DNA from: Rebecca billardiae RCC1528
Lineage: Eukaryota; Protista; Haptophyta
Length of the DNA: 64,000 nt
Assembly: GCA_965240325.2 (NCBI GenBank)
Contig: OZ251237.1
Span: 558,001-622,000 of the forward strand
Direction: 5' to 3'
Positions 10,161-19,233 of this stretch are shown here, one piece after another; positions within the stretch are counted from its first letter, which is position 1; each line of letters opens with the position of its first letter. Below the pieces are notes generated by a model. It saw only the letters and a program-made list of their open reading frames with translations. It ran no database searches and was not told where the DNA came from. Made by a program: the position numbers and the translations under genes.

Positions 10161-13100
10161 ATGGCTTCCTTCGCGGGCCGCGGTCGAGGCCGCGGCGGGG
10201 CGTCGCCCATGGGCTTCCCTGGCGGCGGGCGCGGGCCGGGCGCGCAGACGGAGCTGTGCTACTACTTCCAGCAGGGCTTCTGCAAGCGCGGCGACCAATG
10301 CTTCTACCGACACGAGCGACCGCCGAGCTCGGGCGCCGCGCACGACTCGAGCTTCGATTCGTTCGGCGGCCAGATCCGCGGCACGCCCTCGCGCGTGGCG
10401 AGCACAGCGTTCGGAGCCGTGCCGCCGGCAGCCGCCCACGCCAGTGCGTTTGGCGGTGGCGCCGCCGCCGCGCAGGCCGCGCAGCCTTTCGCGATGCCTG
10501 CCGCGCCTGCGTGCGGCGCCGACGAGGGCGCGGCCTGCGCGCGCAGCAGCGCCTTTGGCGGGACGGCTCTGCCGGCGAGCTCCCCCGCGCAGCCGCAGGC
10601 GTCGGTCTTCGCGCAGCCGGCGAGCGGCACCCCCGCGAGCAGGCTGGGCAAGCAGGCGACCGCCTCGCGCGGGCAGCCCGAGGGCGACGAGGCCGCGCGG
10701 CCCAAGCGCAGCCGCGCGTTGGGCGGCGCGGACAGCTTGGCCGCTGCTGCCGGCGGCGCGCCGGGCCAGGGCGCGCGCGCAGGCGGCGGCGGAGACGGCG
10801 GCTCGATGGACGCGGCGCAGGGCGCTACCGCGGGCGCGGCCGCCCTCGCCGCCGCGAAGGAGGCGGCCGCCGCCCTTCGCTCCAAGCTGGAGGACAAGCA
10901 GACGGCGCGAAAGGCCGCGCGCGAGAGGAAGGGCGGAATGAGCAAAGGGAAAGGCGCACAGCCGCAGCCGCAGCCGCAGCCGCAGCCGCGAGCACAGCCG
11001 CGAAGCACGCCCGCGACCCCCGAGCGGCTCGCCGCGGCGCCGCTCGGCGGCGCGACGCCGCCCCAGGCCGGCGGCCGGCCGGCGGCGGCGGCGGCGGCGG
11101 CAGGCGGCGGCGGCGGCGGCGGCGCGGAGGGCGCGGGCGCCGACGCTGGCGCCGACGACGCCGACGACGCCGACGCCGACGACCCCGACTTTGGCAGCGC
11201 GGGCGGCTGGGGCACGTGCCTCGCGTTCTGCCCGCCGGAGGAGGTCGCGCAGCGCCAGGAGGAGATCGGCGGCATCCACCCGTTCGAGCAGGACACGGCG
11301 GTCGGCGGCCCGCGGCTCGACTGGTGCGTCACGACTTTTCACCGGCTGGCGGCGGGCAACGCGATCCCGCCGCCGGAGCGCGTGCGGCCGGTGCACGTGC
11401 TCCGCCGCGTCGTGCGGTACCTCCTGGACGAGGTGCTCACGCGCACGTACCTGCAGCCCGACGGCCGCGTCTGCCCGTTCCCGAAGGCGGCGGCGAGCTG
11501 GCCGCAGCCGGGCCGGCCACTGCTCATCGATCGGTACAACTTCATCCGCGACCGGCTGCGCGCAGTCCGGCAGGAGGTGCAGCAGCAGTGGTCCGGGCGC
11601 ACGCCGGACGGGCAGTTCCGCCCGCTCTCGCGCGAGGCCAAGCTGTGCGCCGTCGACATCTTCGAGCGCTGCGCGCGCTTCCACATCCTCGCCGAGCACC
11701 ACCTGTGCGAGCTCGGTGTGCGCAATCTCGGGCTGGACGAGGCGCGCTTCGACGCCAAGATGAACATGGAGCAGCTCTCGAAGACGATCGTCACGCTGAA
11801 CGAGCACTACGAGGAGCTCTCGCGCGAGCGGATCGGCTGCCCGAACGAGGCCGAGTTCCGCTCGTACAACATGCTCGTCGAGGGCGACACGAGCCTCGTG
11901 CTCTCGATGGTGGCGCAGATGGACGAGGACATGCGCTGCTCGGCACACGTGCGGTTCGCGCTGCGCGTGATCGCCGCGCGCGAGACCGGGGACTACTCGG
12001 GGTTCATGCGCCTCCTGCGCTCGGCCAACTTCTTCGCCGCGTGCCTCATGCACCGCTTCCTCCAGACCGTCCGCGCGGGCGCGCTCGAGCGCATCTGCTT
12101 CGCCTTCTCCGGCGCGACCGCGCTGCCGCTCGCAGAGCTCGTGCGCATCCTCGCGTTTGCGGACGCGGCCGAGGCGGACGAGTTCTGCACCTACTACGGG
12201 CTGCAGTGCGAGGGCGGCTGCGTGAAGCTGCTCAAGACGCGCGCGCTGCAGCAGGGCGAGGGGTTCCTCCCGCTGCACCGCTCGCCGCTCATCGAGGCGA
12301 AAGTGCAGGGGCGCACGCTGTCGAGCGTCGTGCTGAGGCCTGGCCGCGTGCACGCGGCGGGCGCCGAGCCCGCGCCCGGCGCGGGCAAGGCGAAGCGCGC
12401 GCCGAAGCCCGGCGCGGCGATCGGCGCGGGCGCCGGCGCCGCGGCGGCGTGCGCCACGCTCGGCGGCGTGGCCGCCGCGCGGCTGCCCTCAGCGACCGCC
12501 GCCTGCGCCGGCGCGGCTGCCGGGCTGGGCGCGGCCTCGGCTGCGGCCGCGCCCCTGCCGGCCGGCGACGCCGGCGCCGCGCCGCTCGCGCCGACGGCGC
12601 GCGCGCCCGCCGCGCAGCCCAAGCCGCCCGCGGCCGCGACGAAGGCGGTGGCGGCGGAGCCAGCCGGCCCCGTCTTTGGCGGGTTTGGCGCCGCCGGCGC
12701 CACCCCCTCCGCTGGGTTTGGGTTTGGCGAGCCGCCGACAGCACAGCCGGCGGCGGCAGGGTTTGGCTTTGGCGGCGCGAGCAGCGCGACGGCGCAGCCA
12801 CAGCAGCCATCCGGACGCCCCACCGCTGGATTCGCGCCGTCCGCCGCCGGCGCCGCGCCGCCGCAGGCGCCGCCGGCGGCGGCGGCGCCGACACCGCCCT
12901 TTGGGTGCGCAGCGCTCGGCGCCGCGGCGGCGGCGCCGCCGCCAAAGCCGACTGCCACAGGCTTCAGCTTTGGAGCGGCGCCAGCCGGCGGCGCGCAGCA
13001 GCCGGCGGCGGCGAGCCAGCCGGGCGCAGCCGCGTGCGCGCAGCCGCGGCCGCCCGCCCCGGCCGCCGCGGCGGCGGGCACGCCACCCGCCTTCTCGTTT

Positions 13101-16100
13101 GGCAAGCCAGCAGCGCAAGCGGCACCGGCGGGCTCGGGCACGGAGGGCGGCGCCGCGGCCACGCCGCCGCAGCAGCAGCCGTCGCTGCGGCGCACTAAGA
13201 AGCGGCGGGGTGGCGAGGACGAGGACGAGGCGGACGAGGCGGCGCGCGCGACGCACAAGCGCGCGCTGCACGGCACGCCGCCGCAGCCCTCTCAGCCCGC
13301 CCTGCCGGCGTCCAACCCCTTCGCCTCCGCGGCCGCCACGCCCTGCACCGGCGGCGGCGGCGGCGGAAGCGGCGGCGGCGCGTGCCAGGCGGCCATGCTG
13401 ACAACTTGCTCGAGCGGCGGTGGCGGCGTCTTTGGCGGCGTGGGCGCGACGCCGGCGCTCCCGGCGGGCGGCACTGCGCCGCCGGGCACGCTTGGCTCCC
13501 CCTTCGCCCCGCGCGGGCCACAGCCGACCGCCGCGGCGGCGTGCGATCTCGGCACGCCGCCGGCCGGCGCCGCGGCGCCGCGGCCGAGCGACTGGGCGGA
13601 AAGCGAGCGCGCGGCCGGCGCGCCACCGCATCCGCCGAGCGGCGCCGAGGCCGCGTGGCTCTCCGGCGCGGCGGCGGGCGCGGCTGGCGGCGGCGCCGCC
13701 GCGCGCTCGCCGCCGCGCGGGCCGCGCTCGCTCGGCCTCTCGCCGCCGCAGTCGCGCAGCCCGCAGCGGTCTCCGTTCGCGGGCTTGCGGCAGCAATCGC
13801 CATTGCGGCGCTCGACGCCGGTGCCGCCGCGCGCGCCCGACGCCGCGGCGCGGCCGTTCCGCATGGACGTGTCCGAGCGCGCGCTGACGCCGGCGGTGAA
13901 GCAGCACCCGGGCTGGCTCCGCCGCCTCGCCGCCGAGCCCGACGGTGCGCCGGCGCGGCGCAAGCTCCTGCTCTCGCGGTGGCGGTCGGAGGCGAGGGCA
14001 CTGCAGAATGAGCGAGCCGCGGCGCGCGCGCGGCGCGCGGCGCAGCAGCGGGAGGCGCTCGACCCGGTGCGCACGGCGCGCACGCTGGCGCCGGCGCCGC
14101 TCGGCGGCGCCGCGCACGCCCGCACGCCCGCGCACCCGCTCGGCGCCACCGCGCACGCCGGCGCGCAGCTCGAGCGCGCGCTCGCGGACGCGGCGCGCGC
14201 CTCGGCTGCCCTCGATGCGCACGAGGCGCGGCGGCCAAGCAGCCCGCTGCGGCTGGAGCGCGTCGTCGGCGAGCCGCTCGCCGAGCTGCACGCCGCGGCG
14301 AGGGTGGACGAGGGCGCGGCCGAGGAGCCGCTCGGGCCCGCGCTGTGGAAGTGCGCGCTGCTGCTCCCGCCCGCGCGCGCCGACGGCGCCGACGGCGCCG
14401 ACGGCGGCGCGTGCGCGCTCGGCGGCTGGCTCGGCGCGCGGCTGCGGTGGCGCGCGCCGCGGCCGGCGCCGACGCCGCCCGACGGCGAGCGCGTGCTGTG
14501 CTGCGGCGCGGCGCTCGTGCAGCCGCGCCGGCACGTCGTGCCCGCCGCCGCGGCCGCGCTCGCCGGCTCTCCCGTCGAGGTGCGCCTGTGCTGCGTCCGC
14601 GAGGTTGTGGCCCCGACCGCGGCCGCGGCCACGGCCGCGCGCGCCTCTCTGGCGGGGAGCAGCGCCGTTCTGATCGTCGCGAGCGTGCCGCTGGCGCGCG
14701 CGCGCGAGGAGGTGGTCGCGCAGCTCTCGGCGCTGCCCGCGGGCGCGCGCGCCGCCGTCGTCGTCGCTGTCGACGCCGCCGCGCTCGCGCTCGAGCATGC
14801 CCGCCGCGAGCGCGACGGCGGCAGCCGCGGCGCGCGCGCTCGCGCCGCGCGACCTGACGACGGCTCCTCGCCCGGCGAGATTGCAATCTCGCTGCCCGGC
14901 GAGATTGCAATCTCGCTGGCGGAGCTGCGAGCGTACGCCGCGTCCGAGCTCAAGGCGGAGGAGCTGGCGGCGCGGTGCGCGGACGAGCGCGTCGCGTGCG
15001 CGACGGTGCGCGTGCTCATGCCCGCCTCCGACGCGGACGACGACGGCGAGCTGACGCGCGCGCTGCGCTGGCTCGCGGCGCGCGCGCCGCGGCCGCCCGC
15101 ACTCGCCTTGACGAATCTTGCGGAGCTCGTGGAGACGCGGTGGGCGCGCGCGGCGGCGGAGGCGCGCGGGGCTGGGCTTGCGGCGCTGGTGGGCGCGCTC
15201 AACGCCGCGGTGGACGGCGTGCAGGCCGGCGTGCGCCGCGTCACACGCGAGCTTCCGCCTCAGCTCTGGCCTCCGCCCGAGCTCGCGTATGTCGACGCGC
15301 CGCCGCGGGCGGCCGGCGGCGCGGCGGCGGCCGCGCCGAGCGGCGCGCTGGTCGTGCGGGCGGGCGAGGGCGCGCCGGGCGCACCCGCGCCGGCGGCCGC
15401 CGCGCCGGCCGCGCCGTCGGCCGCCATCGCCGCGATCGCGGCCTCGGCGCTCACGGGCAAGCCGCACTGCGACCGAGCGCTCGCCGCGCTGCGAGCGCTG
15501 CGCCTGCCACCGCTGGAAGGCGCGGCGCTCGCACCTTTGCTGCCTGCGCGTGGCGCGCGCGGCGCGGCGCGCGCGCCCTCCGCCGAGGCGCTCCGAGCGG
15601 CGTGGATCGCGTACGCCGACGCGGCGTGCGGCGGCCCCGGCTCGTCGGGCATGCCGCCCGACCTCCGGACTCTGATCGAGCTCGCGGCGGCGCGCGGCGC
15701 GCCGGCGGCTGTCGCGGCGCGCGGCGAGCCGGCGGCTGTCGCGGCGCGCGGCGCGCCGGCGCCTCTGCGCGCCGACTCGGCGCTCGAGCAGGGCGGCATG
15801 TCGGCACTCGCCGCGCAGAGGGCAGAGGAGGAGATCTTGGCCTTGATCGGGCGCAGCCGGCTCGCGTCCGCGGTGCCAGAGGGCCTCGTCGTCGTCTGCC
15901 TCGGCGGCGGCGGGGTCGGAGAGAGCACCGCCGCGGCCGTCGGCGCCGCTGCCGGCCTGAGCGCACGCAGCAGACGTCGCAGCGGCTCGCGCGCGCGCGG
16001 CGCTGTCGCGCAGCCCACGCCACCGTTCGGCGTGCGCAGCCCGCGGCCGAGCTCGCCGGCAGAGGTGGCGGCGCGGGGTCTCGGCAGCGGTGAGGAGCGA

Positions 16101-16883
16101 GTGCCGTGCTGGGCGGTGCCAAGGCCGGCGCGCACCGCGCCAGCGCAGGCCGCGCCGCCCGGCGCGGCCACTGCCGCCGACGCACGTGGCCCAGGCGCGC
16201 AGCACGGCGGCTCACTCGCCCCCGGCGCCGCACAGAATGCCGAGGGCGCAGCGACCGCCGAGCGCTCGACTTGGGAGCCGCCACCGCCGTCGCAGCTCGA
16301 GCGCGTGCTTGAGGCGCTGCGTGCGGAGAGGTGCGGCGCGCCGCTGCGGTCCGCGCGCCGCCGCGGTCCGTGCGACGGACGGCACTCGATGCCATGCGCC
16401 GAGAGAGCGCGCGCGCGCACGCCACGCCCACGCCACGCCCGCACCGGGTTGTACTTTGTGGCGGGGGCACTCGCCCGCGCGGCGCGCGCGCACGCGCGCT
16501 CACGCGGCCTCCCCTGCCCTTCCCACCCCGCACCCGCGCCGCTGCCGCGCGCCGTGCGCAGCGCTGGGATGCAGGCTGCTGCCGCCAAGGCGGGTTCGCC
16601 CCACGGCCGCGCGGCAGCGGCGCGGCCGGCGCCGCCCGCGCCCGCGCCGGGCGCAGCGCGCGCGGTGTGCTCCTACTCCGAGCCAGCGCGCCGCACGCCG
16701 CTGCACGCAGTCGGCAACTGCACGTCGTGCGCGCCCGTCACTCAGCCGTCGGCGGGCGGCGCAGAGCTGGATGCGCGGCCGAGCCCACCCGCGCCTGACG
16801 CGGCGCCGCCCGCCCTCGAGGCCGTGCTGGCCCGCCTGCGGGCCGAGCGCGCCGACTGGAGCCGCGCGCTGGCAGACTCGTAG
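10161..16883 (+). CDS. SAC3: SAC3/GANP-family protein (TREX-2 scaffold) with N-terminal CCCH finger and FG-rich region; probable in-frame intron 16331-16561
   Basis: CCCH motif CYYFQQGFCKRGDQCFYRH. SAC3 motifs GTCLAFCPPEE, VRPVHVL, YNFIRDRLRAVRQE, FERCARFHI and CPNEAEFRSY. FG repeats (VFGGFG, GFGFG, FSFG) at about 12670-13105. Confidence 0.85.
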   Translation: MASFAGRGRGRGGASPMGFPGGGRGPGAQTELCYYFQQGFCKRGDQCFYRHERPPSSGAAHDSSFDSFGGQIRGTPSRVASTAFGAVPPAAAHASAFGGGAAAAQAAQPFAMPAAPACGADEGAACARSSAFGGTALPASSPAQPQASVFAQPASGTPASRLGKQATASRGQPEGDEAARPKRSRALGGADSLAAAAGGAPGQGARAGGGGDGGSMDAAQGATAGAAALAAAKEAAAALRSKLEDKQTARKAARERKGGMSKGKGAQPQPQPQPQPRAQPRSTPATPERLAAAPLGGATPPQAGGRPAAAAAAAGGGGGGGAEGAGADAGADDADDADADDPDFGSAGGWGTCLAFCPPEEVAQRQEEIGGIHPFEQDTAVGGPRLDWCVTTFHRLAAGNAIPPPERVRPVHVLRRVVRYLLDEVLTRTYLQPDGRVCPFPKAAASWPQPGRPLLIDRYNFIRDRLRAVRQEVQQQWSGRTPDGQFRPLSREAKLCAVDIFERCARFHILAEHHLCELGVRNLGLDEARFDAKMNMEQLSKTIVTLNEHYEELSRERIGCPNEAEFRSYNMLVEGDTSLVLSMVAQMDEDMRCSAHVRFALRVIAARETGDYSGFMRLLRSANFFAACLMHRFLQTVRAGALERICFAFSGATALPLAELVRILAFADAAEADEFCTYYGLQCEGGCVKLLKTRALQQGEGFLPLHRSPLIEAKVQGRTLSSVVLRPGRVHAAGAEPAPGAGKAKRAPKPGAAIGAGAGAAAACATLGGVAAARLPSATAACAGAAAGLGAASAAAAPLPAGDAGAAPLAPTARAPAAQPKPPAAATKAVAAEPAGPVFGGFGAAGATPSAGFGFGEPPTAQPAAAGFGFGGASSATAQPQQPSGRPTAGFAPSAAGAAPPQAPPAAAAPTPPFGCAALGAAAAAPPPKPTATGFSFGAAPAGGAQQPAAASQPGAAACAQPRPPAPAAAAAGTPPAFSFGKPAAQAAPAGSGTEGGAAATPPQQQPSLRRTKKRRGGEDEDEADEAARATHKRALHGTPPQPSQPALPASNPFASAAATPCTGGGGGGSGGGACQAAMLTTCSSGGGGVFGGVGATPALPAGGTAPPGTLGSPFAPRGPQPTAAAACDLGTPPAGAAAPRPSDWAESERAAGAPPHPPSGAEAAWLSGAAAGAAGGGAAARSPPRGPRSLGLSPPQSRSPQRSPFAGLRQQSPLRRSTPVPPRAPDAAARPFRMDVSERALTPAVKQHPGWLRRLAAEPDGAPARRKLLLSRWRSEARALQNERAAARARRAAQQREALDPVRTARTLAPAPLGGAAHARTPAHPLGATAHAGAQLERALADAARASAALDAHEARRPSSPLRLERVVGEPLAELHAAARVDEGAAEEPLGPALWKCALLLPPARADGADGADGGACALGGWLGARLRWRAPRPAPTPPDGERVLCCGAALVQPRRHVVPAAAAALAGSPVEVRLCCVREVVAPTAAAATAARASLAGSSAVLIVASVPLARAREEVVAQLSALPAGARAAVVVAVDAAALALEHARRERDGGSRGARARAARPDDGSSPGEIAISLPGEIAISLAELRAYAASELKAEELAARCADERVACATVRVLMPASDADDDGELTRALRWLAARAPRPPALALTNLAELVETRWARAAAEARGAGLAALVGALNAAVDGVQAGVRRVTRELPPQLWPPPELAYVDAPPRAAGGAAAAAPSGALVVRAGEGAPGAPAPAAAAPAAPSAAIAAIAASALTGKPHCDRALAALRALRLPPLEGAALAPLLPARGARGAARAPSAEALRAAWIAYADAACGGPGSSGMPPDLRTLIELAAARGAPAAVAARGEPAAVAARGAPAPLRADSALEQGGMSALAAQRAEEEILALIGRSRLASAVPEGLVVVCLGGGGVGESTAAAVGAAAGLSARSRRRSGSRARGAVAQPTPPFGVRSPRPSSPAEVAARGLGSGEERVPCWAVPRPARTAPAQAAPPGAATAADARGPGAQHGGSLAPGAAQNAEGAATAERSTWEPPPPSQLERVLEALRAERCGAPLRSARRRGPCDGRHSMPCAERARARTPRPRHARTGLYFVAGALARAARAHARSRGLPCPSHPAPAPLPRAVRSAGMQAAAAKAGSPHGRAAAARPAPPAPAPGAARAVCSYSEPARRTPLHAVGNCTSCAPVTQPSAGGAELDARPSPPAPDAAPPALEAVLARLRAERADWSRALADS
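14871..14918 (+). repeat. 24-bp tandem duplication with an 18-bp perfect palindrome, in coding sequence
   Basis: (cccggcgagattgcaatctcgctg)x2. GCGAGATTGCAATCTCGC is self-complementary. Encodes PGEIAISL twice. Confidence 0.9.
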
Positions 16884-17106
16884 TCTGAGGGAGGATGACG
16901 ATGATGAACGTGGTCACCGGGACTGAGCATCACTGAGTAGCAGCTTGCGATTGCTGCTGCAAGCTGCCAAAGAAGCCTACGACTCCAATGACCGAGTCAG
17001 GTCGAGCACGCATCCCGGGAGTTCGCTGCCTGTCCGGTCCGGGTGAGATCGGCCTCGACTCCTCGAGATCTCGGTCGACTGACGGCTCGGGCCGAGCGGC
17101 GCCGCC

Positions 17107-18322
17107 ATGGGGGCCACCACTCGCGCCGTGTACCTGACGTTCAAGGAGCTTTCAAAGCCGCCAGGCCCAGTCTCCATCTGGTACAGCCTTGGGAGCGTGA
17201 TCAGGAGCATCGGCAAGGTCATCGACAGCGCGGGTGCCGCCGTCCAGGCCGACAGCGTGTACGAGGAGAAACGTGCGCGCGCTCGTCTGGCAGACCGGGC
17301 GTCGCGATCCTGCGCGACGGCCATCGCGCCAAGGAGTGCGCTCGCCGTGCGTCAGGCGCGGGTGCTCGCCTGGCGCACGGCGAGCGTGCGCCCCGGGTCG
17401 CGCTCCCCTGCCAGACCGGGCGTCGCGACGGCGCGATGGTGCGATGGTTTTCGCCTGACGCACGGCGCGCGCGCAACCCCCGGGCCCGCCCGTCCGCGCG
17501 GCGCCGCGCAGTTCCGATCCCCTGCACCGCCGTCAGCCTCGACGGCAAGGCGCCCACCATCGGCCAGAGCTTCGTCGCACCCAGCGCCTCCCTGGTGGGC
17601 CCGGTCACGCTGATGCCCGGGGCGTCCGTGTGGTACGGCGCCATCGTGCGCGCGCACGGCGGCGGCGCGATCACGATCGGCGAGCTAAGCAACGTGCAGG
17701 AGAACGTGTCGCTGACGGCCTCGGGGGACGCGCCGCTGAGCGTGGGCCGGCTGGTCACGATCGGCGCGGGGAGCTCGGTCAGCGGCGCCACGCTCGCGGA
17801 CGAGTGCACCATCGGCTGCGGCTGTGTCGTCCCGGCGGGCTCGACGGTGGGCAAGGGCGCAGTGCTAGCCGCCGGGTCAGTTCTCGAGCCCAAGGCAACC
17901 GTGCCGGCCGGCCAGGTGCGCGCCGCGCGGCCGCTGCCGCGCGTGCGCGGGCTCGGCGCGGGCCGGGCGCGTGCGAGGCCGCGCGACGCCGGACTCACCC
18001 GCTCGCTCGGCGCGCGCCCGCGCCGCGACCGCCCTTCCCCGCGCAGCTCTGGGCGGGCAAGCCGGCCAAGAAGGTCGCAAACCTCGCCGCTGCGGACGCG
18101 GAGGCGGGCGCCGCGGCGGCGCGCGCGATGGTCGGCCTCTCCGCCATCCACCAGGAGCACGCGTGGATGCCGCTCGACGAGATTGAGTTCACGAGCTGGC
18201 AGTACAAAACGGAGGCGGGGCGGCCGCGGCAGTACTCGCAGTCGCTGCGCGAGGCGCCTGACTTTGGCGAGTTGCCCAAGCTGCGCGAGCGCCTCGTCGA
18301 GGTCGGCGCCGTCTCGTCTTGA
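17107..18322 (+). CDS. Gamma carbonic anhydrase-like protein, mitochondrial complex I type (introns 17273-17511 and 17916-18046)
   Basis: Spliced product reads SLGSVIRSIGKVIDSAG...EEKL|PIP...FVAPSASLVGPV...SVWYGAIVR...IGELSNVQEN...GQ|LWAGKPAKKV, with hexapeptide repeats. Confidence 0.88.
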
Positions 18323-19233
18323 GCCCGAGCGCTGCCAGAGCTCCTCTCAGAGAGTGTCATGCAGCTAGGGGGCGACGGGCGAGGGCCGGCGGCGCCAAGG
18401 CCGAACGGGCCAGTCGGCACCCGCAGGTGTGACGGATCGAGTGACGCTGACGTGCTAAGCTTACTTTAGTACCACCGGGCCTGGCACTAGTGGCTCCGGG
18501 ACTGCGCGGCGGGGCCGCCCCGCGCGCCCGGAATTGTCCGAATAACCGAATATTGTTGCCAGCCTGGGGCCTGGCCGCCTGGGCAGCCGCCTGGACGGCG
18601 CCCTCCGGCAGGCAGCGGAGCACCGGACGGGGAGGGCCCGGACACGACTAGTACTGGCTGTACTCACGCCAGTACGGTAGGAGATTCCATACAGTTAAGG
18701 TTTTTGTATGGGATCATTCTTTTCATATGGAGGTACGTTTGGGTGCGAATACGAAAAGGAAGCGTCGCAAACCCGCCTGATCATATTTCGTTCGGGGCCT
18801 TCGAGAACCCTCCGGCAACCACCCAGTAGTACGACATGTCTTGCTTTTGAAAGTATGGCTTACCTCTTCACCTATTCATATTGACCGTGGCCAGGCCGAC
18901 GAATCAGCACTCGGTTATGCCGCTCATGGGATGCAAGACAGCCAGGGGTCGCCCGAACCGGCGCAAAAGCACACAGTATGTTTTCAACACCGCAGATACT
19001 GAACCTCGCCACGAGATCGTGTTTTGACGAAGATGAGGTGCACCCATCAATATTCGCCGATTTCGTCATTGAGATGAGGCGACCTCGCGAGTTGTGACTG
19101 AAGTGTCAAGCGACGCTTTTTATGTTCTACTTCGTCTAATGACGAACCCTGGAGTGCGCGCTTTTGTTAAGCGCCCTTCCCTCTCGACCGCGGCACCTGT
19201 CCAACCTCGATCCTCCCGCACGGAACGACGGGA

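Noticed and set aside
8334-12353. 1339-aa ORF taken as full-length NDC1, and 9705 taken as the SAC3 start
   Set aside because: The upstream parts are antisense to the divergent partner; ATGs at 10022 and 10161 fit better.
3387-16205. Very long Arg/Ala/Gly-rich ORFs antisense or out of frame to real genes (e.g. 3387-6089, 9686-13198, 12489-16205)
   Set aside because: Shadow ORFs caused by stop-codon scarcity at very high GC; no domain motifs.
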